A stretch of DNA of 64,000 nt from Candidatus Ozemobacteraceae bacterium (GCA_965140445.1 OZ223236.1:4608001-4672000), one strand, 5' to 3'; counted from the first letter of the stretch, positions 48,012-58,711 are shown. Notes: generated by a model not told the origin, from the sequence alone. A program made the numbers and translations.

Positions 48012-51000
48012 TCAAAACTTAAAGATTTTCTTTAAGTCCTTTCCTAGATCTTTTAGTTTATCACCCACTTCTTTTAGTGGGGGCTTTTCTTTTTTGGGTT
48101 CCTGAACTTCAGGAGGGTTTGTTCCCGTGGGCTGATTTACAGGTGTTTGTGAGTTATTTGAATCATTCTTCTTCTTTCCAAACAGTTTACCCAATGCTTC
48201 TTTTGCTTTGTTCTCCAGAGTGCTTTTAACGTTTTTGGTTGCGGCATCCTTAAGCATTTTTTCAAGGGGGATATTCACTTTTGGGGACATCATCGAACCC
48301 TTAATAGAAACTGGAATAACAAGATATTCCTCTTTACCTATTAATTGTTTTAGAACATTACTTCCCTGACAGGCTTCTCTGGTCAAATTCATTTCAGAAG
48401 TTCCATCAATTGTGGTATCAAGTCCGATAGAACCAGAAAAAGTCATAAACCCGTCCTTTGTCTTTGAAACAAGGTTATTTGTATTAAATCTTCCTCCCTG
48501 AACAACGCAATCAGCTGCCATATTTCTAATTTGTCCAGAGGCTAAATGTGGAGCGTTTAACTTATTGCAAATGCTTTGAACAACAGGAGGAGCTTTGTAA
48601 GCACCTTCCTTCATCCCAATATTTGCCAATCCATTCAACGACACAAGTCCCAAAACATTACCTTTCGCCTTAAACTTTCCATCTACTCCACCGTTAAGTG
48701 CATCACCCATAGATGTGTTCTGTTTTAAAAATAGTTGGGTTTGTACCCCGCTAGCTATTACATCAAAATCAAATTCTATGGGAGATTTTTCAACAAATAC
48801 GTTCATTGAGGCCTTTAGGTCACCGCCAAAAACATTTAATTGTGCCTCTTGAACTCGAAAAAGGCCATTAGTAAAGCTAAACGGGGCTGTGAGTTCTCTG
48901 AAAGGGAATTTATAGGTATCACCCTTCTCGCTAACCGGAGCTTCAAACATTCCAGCCGTCGCATACGCTGCACCTGTCAATAAAAGCTTATCAAGAGTAC
49001 CTACAAGCTTCCCTTTTCCCGTTCCAATTGCAGTTACCTTATAACCAGTTCCATCGAGGAAAAAACCACTTGCATCAGTGATTTCAAGAGGATTTACTTC
49101 ATATCCGAAATCCATCAAAAATTTTCCCCAATCTTTAATCGCTCCAGAAACACGTCCCTGAGACTTACCCCAAGTTGCACTTAATTTTTCAGTTCTTAAC
49201 CCTTTATTGTTAACAATAACGGGGCCATTTATGTTTGTAATTTTTCTCAAAACAGCTGGATGAAAAAACTCTCCGTTTTTTATAACTGCATTTCCAGTAA
49301 ATTCAGGCTCAGACGATTTGCCTGTTAAAGTAAAATTCAAATCTGTCTTTCCTGAAAAAATTAACTCAGCAGGCATTTCGGGAAAATTCTTTTTCATAAA
49401 AGTCAAAACCATTGCCAGATCAGTATTGCCGGTTTGAGCTTTAAAGTTCAAAAATGGAGCTTTGTAATTTTTAAGGCTCCCGCTACCGCTCACATCGCCA
49501 CCCAGCATTCGACCTTCCAGTTTCTGAATGACCAACTGGTTGATATCCGCCGAAGCCTCTCCATTAATGTTTTCAACCAACACTCCTCTTTCAGGAAGAG
49601 AAGCGAATACATTACTTAATTTCACTGTTCCTGAGGGCTGTAAATTTGATTTTGCCCCCTTTAATCCAGCATCAAAATCCACTTTTCCTTTAAACTGCCC
49701 GGAATTAACAGGCAAATTAAATATTGGTGCGGCAACTGCGGCCAAAGAATTCAAGTCTACAAATCCTTTTGCCTTGTAATCCAATTCCATCTCTTTATTG
49801 TTTTTTAAACTCCCTGAAATGCTAAATTCGGAGCCAATTCCCTTAACCTGGGCGGATTCAATGTTTAAAATCCCAGCGTCAGGGGACAGATTTTCCATTT
49901 TTGCCAAAAAGTTAGTAAAGCTTAAATCAACCTTCTGCTTTGTTTCTTCCAAAACAAATTTGTCAGAACGTAAAGCCCCGGAAATTTTCGGAGTAACACC
50001 ATCATAATTAAAATTCCCAGCAAAACTTGCTTTTCCAGATGGCTTAATCGCAATGGGGATCGCCGGCAGAAAAGGCTTCGCCAAAGTAAAAACTGATTCT
50101 AAATATACTTCTAATCGAATATCGGCTTGCATTTTTAACGGGCTGGTAAATATCTTCCCCTTGGACAAATCAATTTTATTACCTTTCAATGAAGCTCCCA
50201 GATTAGAAACAGAAAGATATTCACCGTTATACTCCAACTGCCCACCATTAATATCAACAGGTGCAGGAAGCAATGCCAGATTTAAATTGAGCTTTCCTGG
50301 GTTTACTTTTGCGTTAATCTCTTTCAATTTAGATTCTTCAAACTTGATTGCCAAAGCTCCGCCAATCGGGTCTCCCGTCACCTTTAAACCCAACGAATCC
50401 GGGATGAGACCTTTTGCTAGTCCCAAAAGAGTTTCAATACTCACTTTTTCTGCATTCATGGTTAATTGGCCGGACAATGGTGAGATACTTGGCAAAGATG
50501 CTTTCAGATTTACCTTGATTCCTGGAACAACACTAACAACCGCGTCATCAAGTTCCAAAGCGCCGGAGAACAAATACTTTCCATCGATGCTCACAGTAGC
50601 GGAATTAAACTGTTTTAATCTGGCTCTGTGCTCTTCTGGAATAAAACCAATTAAACGATCAAATTTTTGAATATCTCCAGAAATATTAAAACTTAAGGAT
50701 TCAGGCCAATCAAGGTCTCCTACCAACTTTATTCTACCAATTTCTGGAATTTTTAAATCCGCCTTAATTGGAAATGTACTGCTCAGCATCGCCTGACTTA
50801 TTCCAGCCTGAGTCAAAAATAGATTTTGCTTCTGATTTGTTGTCTGGTCTTCGTAGGAAAAGCTTACGTTGCTTAACAATATCGATTTAAAAGGCAATTT
50901 AATCTCCTTCCAATTGGAGGAAGAATCGCCTGCAGCTGCTTCTTTTTTAGTAAGACCTGCAGAGCCCTTTTTTATAATCACAGAGCCAGTTGCATCTGAT

Positions 51001-51374
51001 AAATTAATTGAAGAAATCATCAATTCGCCAGCAAAAGCAGCCCAAATGTCTGGCACAACGCTTAATCTATTAAGTGTAAATTCTGCTTTTAAAGCATCGC
51101 TGTCAGTTGCAAGTCCAACTTGTTCCAGTGAAATCTCAGGAAATGAAAAACTAAGCTTTTTATAACTAACCGACATGTTCAAAGCACTTGAAGCTTTGGC
51201 CATTATAATTGAATCCAAACGATTGTCAGTCGTCAGCCGATTGTATACATAACCAATGGCGATAGCCATAGCAAGCACAATCAAAAATGTAAAAGTAGCC
51301 AAAACTTTAAGGTAAAACCAAAGCCCTTTTTTACCTTTTGTCAGGACTACCCCTTGTTTTTCTTCCTGTGTCAT
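48012..51374 (-). CDS. AsmA/TamB-like periplasmic lipid-transfer protein
   Basis: N-terminal TM anchor; long beta-taco repeats; C-terminal IPVSIKGS..SPKV. Confidence 0.8.
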   Translation of the reverse strand: MTQEEKQGVVLTKGKKGLWFYLKVLATFTFLIVLAMAIAIGYVYNRLTTDNRLDSIIMAKASSALNMSVSYKKLSFSFPEISLEQVGLATDSDALKAEFTLNRLSVVPDIWAAFAGELMISSINLSDATGSVIIKKGSAGLTKKEAAAGDSSSNWKEIKLPFKSILLSNVSFSYEDQTTNQKQNLFLTQAGISQAMLSSTFPIKADLKIPEIGRIKLVGDLDWPESLSFNISGDIQKFDRLIGFIPEEHRARLKQFNSATVSIDGKYLFSGALELDDAVVSVVPGIKVNLKASLPSISPLSGQLTMNAEKVSIETLLGLAKGLIPDSLGLKVTGDPIGGALAIKFEESKLKEINAKVNPGKLNLNLALLPAPVDINGGQLEYNGEYLSVSNLGASLKGNKIDLSKGKIFTSPLKMQADIRLEVYLESVFTLAKPFLPAIPIAIKPSGKASFAGNFNYDGVTPKISGALRSDKFVLEETKQKVDLSFTNFLAKMENLSPDAGILNIESAQVKGIGSEFSISGSLKNNKEMELDYKAKGFVDLNSLAAVAAPIFNLPVNSGQFKGKVDFDAGLKGAKSNLQPSGTVKLSNVFASLPERGVLVENINGEASADINQLVIQKLEGRMLGGDVSGSGSLKNYKAPFLNFKAQTGNTDLAMVLTFMKKNFPEMPAELIFSGKTDLNFTLTGKSSEPEFTGNAVIKNGEFFHPAVLRKITNINGPVIVNNKGLRTEKLSATWGKSQGRVSGAIKDWGKFLMDFGYEVNPLEITDASGFFLDGTGYKVTAIGTGKGKLVGTLDKLLLTGAAYATAGMFEAPVSEKGDTYKFPFRELTAPFSFTNGLFRVQEAQLNVFGGDLKASMNVFVEKSPIEFDFDVIASGVQTQLFLKQNTSMGDALNGGVDGKFKAKGNVLGLVSLNGLANIGMKEGAYKAPPVVQSICNKLNAPHLASGQIRNMAADCVVQGGRFNTNNLVSKTKDGFMTFSGSIGLDTTIDGTSEMNLTREACQGSNVLKQLIGKEEYLVIPVSIKGSMMSPKVNIPLEKMLKDAATKNVKSTLENKAKEALGKLFGKKKNDSNNSQTPVNQPTGTNPPEVQEPKKEKPPLKEVGDKLKDLGKDLKKIFKF

Positions 51375-51388
51375 TCTAATCTCCTAAC

Positions 51389-52207
51389 TTATTTACCTTG
51401 TCTGTTGCTAAAGATAAACCTGTCTTTCAACTTAAAATCAGACATTAAAACAGGCTTCTTCTGCCCCTCAACAGAAAAGATTGCTACTTGAGCAGGAAAA
51501 GGAACGGTTGCCCCTTTTATTTTCTCACACTCCATTTCAAAAAGATTTTGAAATGCTGGCTTTTCATTGTAAAAAACCTGACTTGCAAATGACTTCAAAA
51601 TGTAAACTCCGTCCTTAAATTCCCAGGTTGGCAAAAGCACATTTTTGGCATTTGCCTTCAAATCCTCATTTTCAATTGCTTTTACCATTAAAGCTCTGTC
51701 AAAAATAATCGCTGTTCGATATCTATTGTTTTCTTCAAACCACTCAAATTTAAGCAATTCATCACTTTCAGAAAAAACTGCTTCTTTTGCCAAATTTTTA
51801 AAAAGCGGTCTGACAACCAGCATGTCATAGAACTTTAAGAATCCTTCACCAGTGTCTCTTATCGATTCACCAAGCTCTCTGATATTTTTTGGAAAGCTCT
51901 CATCTGATGTTAATCCGTCCAAAAGCAACGAGTTAAACTTCCCATTGAAATAAACAATTCCCCATTTTGGATAGCCCGACTTCATGGCAGTGGCTACGGC
52001 TTTTAATTGAGTAGAATCAACCTCAAAAGCAATTCCCTCAGAGCCACTTGCAAAAAAAGCAGGGTATAACTCATCTAACTTCTGAGAAAAAGATGCCAGA
52101 CTGACCGATGCGGTGGAAGTCTCCTGAGCAAAACCAGTTTGGAGGGAAATAGTAAGAAGAAAATACAGAGTTACTAAAACTCCACCAATATTTTTCAAAT
52201 TTTGCAT
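51389..52207 (-). CDS. Secreted hypothetical protein
   Basis: Signal peptide; upstream of the AsmA-like gene with a short gap. Confidence 0.65.
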   Translation of the reverse strand: MQNLKNIGGVLVTLYFLLTISLQTGFAQETSTASVSLASFSQKLDELYPAFFASGSEGIAFEVDSTQLKAVATAMKSGYPKWGIVYFNGKFNSLLLDGLTSDESFPKNIRELGESIRDTGEGFLKFYDMLVVRPLFKNLAKEAVFSESDELLKFEWFEENNRYRTAIIFDRALMVKAIENEDLKANAKNVLLPTWEFKDGVYILKSFASQVFYNEKPAFQNLFEMECEKIKGATVPFPAQVAIFSVEGQKKPVLMSDFKLKDRFIFSNRQGK

Positions 52208-52373
52208 CCTTAATCCCTCATTTTTTTTATTTGCCTCCTATACTACTGTAGGAGTCACCTCAAAAGCAAAGACCAAAATATCTTACTTCGGTTATGCTCT
52301 AAATGATCCGAAATACTAAGGTAATACTAGTTTTGCTGGAGGAAGGAAACTCCCCTTTTCCCGATAAAAAACA

Positions 52374-53783
52374 ATGATCATGCGCGTTACAAAAGCTTTT
52401 ATAATCTTTTTCGCCCTTTCTGCGATTGCATTAATTTCAGGATGCACAGGAAAGGGTGATCTGACTTTCAAAAAACTTCCATCTACTGCAGAATACGATA
52501 TCAGTGGCCAGATAGTTCTCCCTGAAATCATTGAAACCGACTTGAAAACATCACTTCGACATGCGCTCATGTCTATCTCTGATTTTTCAACTTTTAATGT
52601 ATCCAGCGGAAATTTGTCAGTGAACGCAGATGCAAGTGGTAATTTTTCGATAAAGAATATTCCATTTTCTGACAGCATTGTCCTTAAAGCCAAAAGCAAT
52701 AAAATCGAGCTTTTAAAAAGGGTCTATCCTAATGAATTGGATTTCACCGATTTAAGTCAAACAAAAATCGATATTGACTCAACAGCCAAAGCCTTAATAT
52801 GGCAATTTGCCAAAGATTCAAATAAAGAATTAACTCTTGCTGACATAAGCGCAAGAGAATACGCCCCCTATGTAGCAAGCGTTTCATACGCTATAAAACT
52901 GGCTCTTCAGATGCCTGATTCCAGTGTAACCAGCTCTATTCTTGAGGTTCCAGCTGTCACTACACCAGCAAAATCAGCTGCTGCAATCATAGGTTCAAGA
53001 GAATATATTTTAAGAGACTCTAACTCTGTTTTTAGAAATATTCTCTTACGCAAAGATCTTGATTTACTTAAGGTTTACATATCTCCATCTTTTTCGAATG
53101 ATTGGGACTCAACCTCAAACTGGAATGACATAATCAGCTACTTCACAACCATTTTTGCTGAAAAGAAAGTCCTTGATGTAGAGTGGAATGTTCAATATAT
53201 TGAGCTAACCCCTGAAAATACGGCCAGAGTTAGAACTGAAGCCAGGTTATTTCTGAAAGATATACTCTCTGACCAAAATGTTAAAACCCAAAAGTTCACA
53301 TTCGATGCAGTTTGGCGAAAAGAAGGAAGCTTCTGGAAGATATTGAAAAACCTTCCCTACCGACTCGATCACCCTTCACAGGTTGGCGCTGATACAAGAT
53401 GGGGAGAGCTGGCAGAAATTCATACAAAACTTAAAGCTGCCATTGCCGTTGAAGACACCAACACTCTCGAATCCTACATTTCGGATAATTTTAGAAACGA
53501 TTTTGATGTAACCAGTAACAAAAATGATTTAATTCAAACTGCGCAGGCACGCTTTAACGCAATGGATGTAAAGATTTCTACTTACGCAATTAATAAAATA
53601 ACTTTCACCGGGACTGACAGCGCAGAAGTCGATTGCACAGGACAGGTAAAAGTAATAAATCTAATTCCTGGGATAGACATTGATTCAGGATCAATCCATT
53701 CTATAGTTGAATGGCGCAGAGAAAACGGAGTTTGGAAAATTTTTCGAAACTTACCATACCGATTTACTCATCCTAAAAATTAA
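52374..53783 (+). CDS. Lipoprotein with two tandem NTF2-like (DUF4440) domains
   Basis: Lipobox LISGC; duplicated YIS..F.ND.D.TSN..D and WR.E...WKI..NLPYR..HP. Confidence 0.75.
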   Translation: MIMRVTKAFIIFFALSAIALISGCTGKGDLTFKKLPSTAEYDISGQIVLPEIIETDLKTSLRHALMSISDFSTFNVSSGNLSVNADASGNFSIKNIPFSDSIVLKAKSNKIELLKRVYPNELDFTDLSQTKIDIDSTAKALIWQFAKDSNKELTLADISAREYAPYVASVSYAIKLALQMPDSSVTSSILEVPAVTTPAKSAAAIIGSREYILRDSNSVFRNILLRKDLDLLKVYISPSFSNDWDSTSNWNDIISYFTTIFAEKKVLDVEWNVQYIELTPENTARVRTEARLFLKDILSDQNVKTQKFTFDAVWRKEGSFWKILKNLPYRLDHPSQVGADTRWGELAEIHTKLKAAIAVEDTNTLESYISDNFRNDFDVTSNKNDLIQTAQARFNAMDVKISTYAINKITFTGTDSAEVDCTGQVKVINLIPGIDIDSGSIHSIVEWRRENGVWKIFRNLPYRFTHPKN

Positions 53784-53819
53784 AAAAGAGCTGAACGCCG
53801 ATTTAGCGTCCAGCTCTTT
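53784..53819. terminator. Bidirectional intrinsic terminator
   Basis: AAAGAGCTG-AACGC...GCGTC-CAGCTCTTT between convergent genes. Confidence 0.75.
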
Positions 53820-53830
53820 AATACCTGGGT

Positions 53831-54784
53831 CTAAAGTTTTTTCAACAGATTGTTAGCAGTTATATTCGTAGGATCAATCTCTAAAGCTTTTTCCAATAAG
53901 ATTTTTGCTTTTTTAGTATCCTTTTCTTTTGAATTCAGATAGATTTCTGCCAGTGAAACAAATACATCAACATGAATAGGCTCAAACTTAAAAGGAATGT
54001 TATTGTCTGCAAGAATTTTCTCAGATTTTGCGAGATCTAATGCCCCAAGAAGCATAGGCGCCTGACCACGAATAAAAGCAATTTCCTGTTCAGCGTCAAG
54101 ACTACCGGGTTCATATTTTTTTGAAACAAGCAAACAAGCCAAAGCCACATCTAATCGGCCTCTTTCTACCAACACAAAAGCTAAGCCTCTTAATGCAGCC
54201 GCGAGATCCTGATTGTTATCTGCCAATTCAGCTGCTTTTTGATATGCAATCTGAGACATCAGAATTTCTGGGCCTTTTTTCTGCTTAAGCAACATGTACC
54301 CTCTTTCTGAGTAAAAAGCTGATCTTACTGGGTTCCAATAGATAGCTCTGGAAAGATTCTTCAAGGCTTCCTCATGCTTGCCAGTTTGAAAATCGAGCAT
54401 AGCCAGAAAATAATATCCGTCAGAAATGGGTTGTTCAGTCCATCTCACTTCAGTTTTTACCCCGGCCCTTTTTTGCAAAGTCTTGTAAAGAGTCATTTCG
54501 AGAAGAGAGTTAAAGCTTTTAAATTCTACTTTATCATTGGAAATGTATTTTTCACTGCCTTGAATCATGCCTTCAGCAATTTTGCGCGCTTCTTCATAAT
54601 TGCCGTTTTTCATTCTTTCCATGAAAACGACCATCATCTGGTTGCCTAATAAAATAGCACTAGCTTCTTTTACTTCTTTTTTTCCGGCGGCCTGACTTTC
54701 TACAGGTTTAACAGGTTCTGCTATTGCAGTTACCGCGACTAAAGCTCCTGCCATAATGGCGGAAAAAAGTTTTAGTTTTTTCAT
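53831..54784 (-). CDS. Exported TPR protein
   Basis: Signal peptide from MKKLKLF (ATG at 54784, AAGGA SD); TPR units. Confidence 0.8.
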   Translation of the reverse strand: MKKLKLFSAIMAGALVAVTAIAEPVKPVESQAAGKKEVKEASAILLGNQMMVVFMERMKNGNYEEARKIAEGMIQGSEKYISNDKVEFKSFNSLLEMTLYKTLQKRAGVKTEVRWTEQPISDGYYFLAMLDFQTGKHEEALKNLSRAIYWNPVRSAFYSERGYMLLKQKKGPEILMSQIAYQKAAELADNNQDLAAALRGLAFVLVERGRLDVALACLLVSKKYEPGSLDAEQEIAFIRGQAPMLLGALDLAKSEKILADNNIPFKFEPIHVDVFVSLAEIYLNSKEKDTKKAKILLEKALEIDPTNITANNLLKKL

Positions 54785-54956
54785 TTTTTTATCCTTAATC
54801 AATTCTAGAGTTAATAAGTTGTGGGTAATATAACCCTCGAAACTATATTTTGGCAACCGCCAACAATAATGCCAGTTTTTAGCGCAAAAGTTGCCAATTT
54901 TCCAGCAGTTTTTCTTGAGCAATCCAGTTATGCCCACAAATAGAGCGCTTTACTTT

Positions 54957-54972
54957 TGGCACGTACATTGCT
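54957..54972 (+). promoter_or_regulatory. sigma54 (-24/-12) promoter
   Basis: TGGCACGTACATTGCT is a perfect match to TGGCACG-N4-TTGCW, about 40 nt before the ATG at 55015. Confidence 0.8.
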
Positions 54973-55014
54973 TACAATTTCCCTATAAAATTTATTTTAG
55001 AGGAAGGTAAAAGA

Positions 55015-56025
55015 ATGTTTCGGAAAATAACTTTGGTGTTGTTCTTTTCTCTACTCGCTGTTTCAAGTTTTGCTTTTGATAAAGCAGAATTAAACAATTG
55101 TCTCAACGATTTAGCCGCAGGAATTTCGCAAACGGCTTATAGTTTGAGCGAAAATGAAAACAGCGCTGAACGTGCTTCTTTTGATTCTGCAGCCAGTCGG
55201 GCTGATAAGAGTGAAAAGAAACTAAAAGAAATTGTTTCAAGCATTGAAACAGCCAGTGATTTTGCTAAAGCTCAGAAAGTCATCAATGCTTTTGGGAAGA
55301 AAGACAAACTCAATTCCCATACAGCTGCCGTTGCAACTAAGCTCTTAAAAGATAGAGCCAGATTCATTAACAGCAACCTGGGTTCTACAATAACAGTAAA
55401 CAATAGTGATAAACTCGCCGTTAACCCCGAAATGCTCATGAGCACAAGACAAAAAAGACTTATCATGATTGAAACTCCAATAGCCGAAGCAGTTATTTCA
55501 ATAACGGACAAAAAAGATAAAAGAAGAGTTTCAAATCTTGAAAACATTTTCAAAAGACATGATTGCAGAATCATTTCCGAATATTCAAACGAAAGTGGCG
55601 ACCAGGATGTTTACAACTACTACTTTGAAGGCAAAAAATTTGTTCTGGACGCATTAATGGGTCATTTTGGTGGCACCGTTGTTAAAAGCGATTTAAAAGC
55701 TACAGTAAAAATTACCTCTGGCGGTTTTTGGTCAGGGAAACAAACTGCGACTTTTGATATTGCTCCCACAAGAAGTGGAAGCGTAATGGGCGATCTTTCA
55801 TGGTACAAATCTGTAGTAGAAAAAGATCCCTTTAAGTATCTTGCTGAAAAGAACTTTTCCAAGCTCTCAGCACTTGGCAAAATGGAAAATGTTGCTGGAG
55901 AATCAAAACTCCACCTTAAAAACGCTATTGTTGAAATCTGGGTAATGGCAAATGGTTCTACAATCAAAAACGCCATTTATAAAAATGAAACAGAATTCGG
56001 CGATCTCTACATTGATGCCAAGTAA
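55015..56025 (+). CDS. Secreted hypothetical protein
   Basis: Signal peptide ending in SFA; AGGAAGG SD. Confidence 0.75.
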   Translation: MFRKITLVLFFSLLAVSSFAFDKAELNNCLNDLAAGISQTAYSLSENENSAERASFDSAASRADKSEKKLKEIVSSIETASDFAKAQKVINAFGKKDKLNSHTAAVATKLLKDRARFINSNLGSTITVNNSDKLAVNPEMLMSTRQKRLIMIETPIAEAVISITDKKDKRRVSNLENIFKRHDCRIISEYSNESGDQDVYNYYFEGKKFVLDALMGHFGGTVVKSDLKATVKITSGGFWSGKQTATFDIAPTRSGSVMGDLSWYKSVVEKDPFKYLAEKNFSKLSALGKMENVAGESKLHLKNAIVEIWVMANGSTIKNAIYKNETEFGDLYIDAK

Positions 56026-56043
56026 AAGAAAGGAGCAATTACA

Positions 56044-57372
56044 ATGACTAGCAAAAAGAATTTGATTTTAGCCGGAATCTTTGCAGGTGCACTGCTTGTT
56101 CCTTTCACAGGACATGCAGCAGACGAAAGTGAAATAGCCAATCTTGAGAAAAAACTTCTCCAAAAAGAAACGGATCTGCTTGAGCCTGAATTGAAATTAG
56201 ACAGACTTCACAAAGAACGCTCTGAATATGATGGATTCAGCGGATGGTTCCAGGGCAAAAAGAAAAAAGCCCTTGATGCAGAAATTGCCAAAACAGACAA
56301 GATGGTTGACTCCATCTATGGCGAAATGAAGCAAACTTCAGCTGAAGTACAAAAAATGGTTTTTGACGTTGCTTACACTTTTGAAAAACGTGGGCAGTTT
56401 CAAAAAGCTATTGAATATTACCTTAAAGTTGACAACCAAAACGATAAGGTAAAATTTAGAATTGCTTCTTGCTTTAAATCAATGGAAGATTATCAGCAGG
56501 CCATCAAATGGCTTTTGAAAATGAATCCAACTGATGAAAACCACCTTGAAGTAGTTGATTGCTACAAGCTTGATGGCCGAATGAAAGAAGCAGTTTATTG
56601 GCTGTTTGAAATTCTCGAACCATATTCAGGCAATAGCGCAGAATTGACTGCACTTAATCTAATTGAAGAATACGATTATGCCAACAGAAAACGCGATTAC
56701 CCAGATTTCTATCGTCGTCTTTCTGATGTATATTTGAAGAAATCAACTGAGGCATATCAGGACAACTTCCTGCAGGCATCAAAAGATTACAAAAAAGCTG
56801 TTGAGCTCCTCGCCGAAGATTCAAATGAAGATCCTTCAATGATAAGCTTCAGCATCGTAGATCGCTACCAGAATGATTACAGACAGGCACTTGAGATCCT
56901 TGACAGACAAAGGGAAGCTGCAGAACGCAACTTTGAAGATAAAGTAAGAAGAGCCAGAGAAGATATCGATGAAGCTCAGAGAAGACTTCACAGAGCTGAA
57001 AGAGAATCCGAAAGAGATTATCAGCTGAAACTTGATAACGCAAGAATGTCGGTCAGGCGTGCGAAAGAGAAACTTGCTTCTGTTAAAGCTGACACCACTG
57101 CAACTCCAGAAACAGTCCAGAGTGCTCAGAGAAGACTTGATTCCGCTCAAAGAGATCTTGATTACATTCAAGCTAATCGCGATCGCATAATGCGCGAGTA
57201 TATACAGCCATACAGAAGAGATCTCAGAGAAGCACAAAATGAATATGATTCTCTCCTTGATAGAAGAGTTAAAATCATTGAAGAATACATTGCTCCATAC
57301 AAAAGAAAAGTATCAGTTGCTAAAGACTCTGTAGAAAGAATTACAGCCCTTCACCAGGCTAATTTCCACTAA
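56044..57372 (+). CDS. Secreted TPR/coiled-coil protein
   Basis: Signal peptide ending in GHA; TPR-like middle region; long charged coiled coil; AGGAG SD. Confidence 0.78.
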   Translation: MTSKKNLILAGIFAGALLVPFTGHAADESEIANLEKKLLQKETDLLEPELKLDRLHKERSEYDGFSGWFQGKKKKALDAEIAKTDKMVDSIYGEMKQTSAEVQKMVFDVAYTFEKRGQFQKAIEYYLKVDNQNDKVKFRIASCFKSMEDYQQAIKWLLKMNPTDENHLEVVDCYKLDGRMKEAVYWLFEILEPYSGNSAELTALNLIEEYDYANRKRDYPDFYRRLSDVYLKKSTEAYQDNFLQASKDYKKAVELLAEDSNEDPSMISFSIVDRYQNDYRQALEILDRQREAAERNFEDKVRRAREDIDEAQRRLHRAERESERDYQLKLDNARMSVRRAKEKLASVKADTTATPETVQSAQRRLDSAQRDLDYIQANRDRIMREYIQPYRRDLREAQNEYDSLLDRRVKIIEEYIAPYKRKVSVAKDSVERITALHQANFH

Positions 57373-57379
57373 ACAAAAC

Positions 57380-57418
57380 TAAAAAAAGCTCCAAACATAT
57401 GTTTGGGGCTTTTTTTTA
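57380..57418 (+). terminator. Intrinsic terminator
   Basis: AAAAAAGCTCCAAACAT-ATGTTTGGGGCTTTTTTT. Confidence 0.85.
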
Positions 57419-57468
57419 TCCCAAAATTCCGCCTTTACCATTTTTTTCCCAAGTAATATAATCTCAAA

Positions 57469-58707
57469 ATGAAAAAGACTTTAAGCGCTGAAATCATTAG
57501 TATAGGCACCGAACTACTTCTTGGTGAAATAGTCGACACCAATTCCTCTTTTCTTTCTGCTGAATTAAGAGATTTGGGTTATTCGGTTTTTCACAAAATC
57601 ACCGTTGGAGACAATCTGAATAGAATCAGCAAGGTTATCGAAGAAGCGATAAAAAGATGCAATCTGGTAATTCTTGGGGGCGGACTGGGCCCAACCGACG
57701 ACGACCTGACAAGAGAAGCCATCTGCAAATTTATCGGGGAAGAACCTGAAATCTGTCCAAATCTACTTGAAAACTTAAAAGCTATGTTTCAAGTTCGTGG
57801 CAGGAAAATGGCAGACAAAAACTTAAAGCAAGCCTGGACTGCAAAAGGAATAAAGCCGATTCCAAATCCGGTAGGTACAGCATGCGGATGGTCATGGCAA
57901 AAAGATGACAAAACAATCATCGCCATGCCCGGACCTCCAGAAGAAATGAAAAGGATGTGGCTAGAGCAGGTTAAACCATATCTCCCTGCCTCCAGCCAGG
58001 TTTTATACCATAAAACCATTCATACAGCGGGAATCGGCGAGTCTGACCTCGCAGAGTTGATTCCAGATTTAACCAAAGCCACAAATCCGAGCGCAGGAAC
58101 CTACGCAAGAGAAAGTGGTGTAGACATTCGAATTGCAGCTAGTGCTGAAAACCTTCAGACAGCTGAATTAATTGCAGCACCAGCAATTGAAAAAGTTGAA
58201 ACCGTGCTTGGAGAATTTATCTACGGATATGACGAAGAAACTCTAGCTATGGCTTTAATGAAGCAATTGGTATCAAAAAAGCAAACACTCTCCACAATTG
58301 AATCTGTAACCGGTGGAAGCCTGGCTTCTGAGCTGACAGATTGCCCTGGAATGAGTTCATGTTTTGTTTCAGGAGAAATCACATACAACAATCAAAACAA
58401 AATTAAAGCGGGGGTAGATGCTGCAATAATAGATAAGTTTGGCCCAGTTTCAGAAGAAGTTGCAATCGAAATGGCAAAAGCTGCTCAAAAAAAATACTCC
58501 ACCACCTGGGCAATTTCAACAACTGGAGTTGCTGGCCCAGATTCCCATGGTGGTAAAAAACCGGGCTTCGCATGGGTTGCTGTAGCAGGACCGGATAACT
58601 TTATAAAGAGCAAGAATGTTGATTGGCCAGGAAACCGCTTATCAATAAAAAGGCGCACAAGAAAAGCCGCCATGGTCTTATTACTAAAGTCACTAAAAGG
58701 CCAATGA
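57469..58707 (+). CDS. cinA: CinA (MocF + PncC nicotinamide mononucleotide deamidase)
   Basis: IGTELLLGEIVDTNS, GGLGPTDDDLT, MPGPPEEM, ESVTGG and STTGVAGP motifs. Confidence 0.93.
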   Translation: MKKTLSAEIISIGTELLLGEIVDTNSSFLSAELRDLGYSVFHKITVGDNLNRISKVIEEAIKRCNLVILGGGLGPTDDDLTREAICKFIGEEPEICPNLLENLKAMFQVRGRKMADKNLKQAWTAKGIKPIPNPVGTACGWSWQKDDKTIIAMPGPPEEMKRMWLEQVKPYLPASSQVLYHKTIHTAGIGESDLAELIPDLTKATNPSAGTYARESGVDIRIAASAENLQTAELIAAPAIEKVETVLGEFIYGYDEETLAMALMKQLVSKKQTLSTIESVTGGSLASELTDCPGMSSCFVSGEITYNNQNKIKAGVDAAIIDKFGPVSEEVAIEMAKAAQKKYSTTWAISTTGVAGPDSHGGKKPGFAWVAVAGPDNFIKSKNVDWPGNRLSIKRRTRKAAMVLLLKSLKGQ

Positions 58708-58711
58708 AAAC

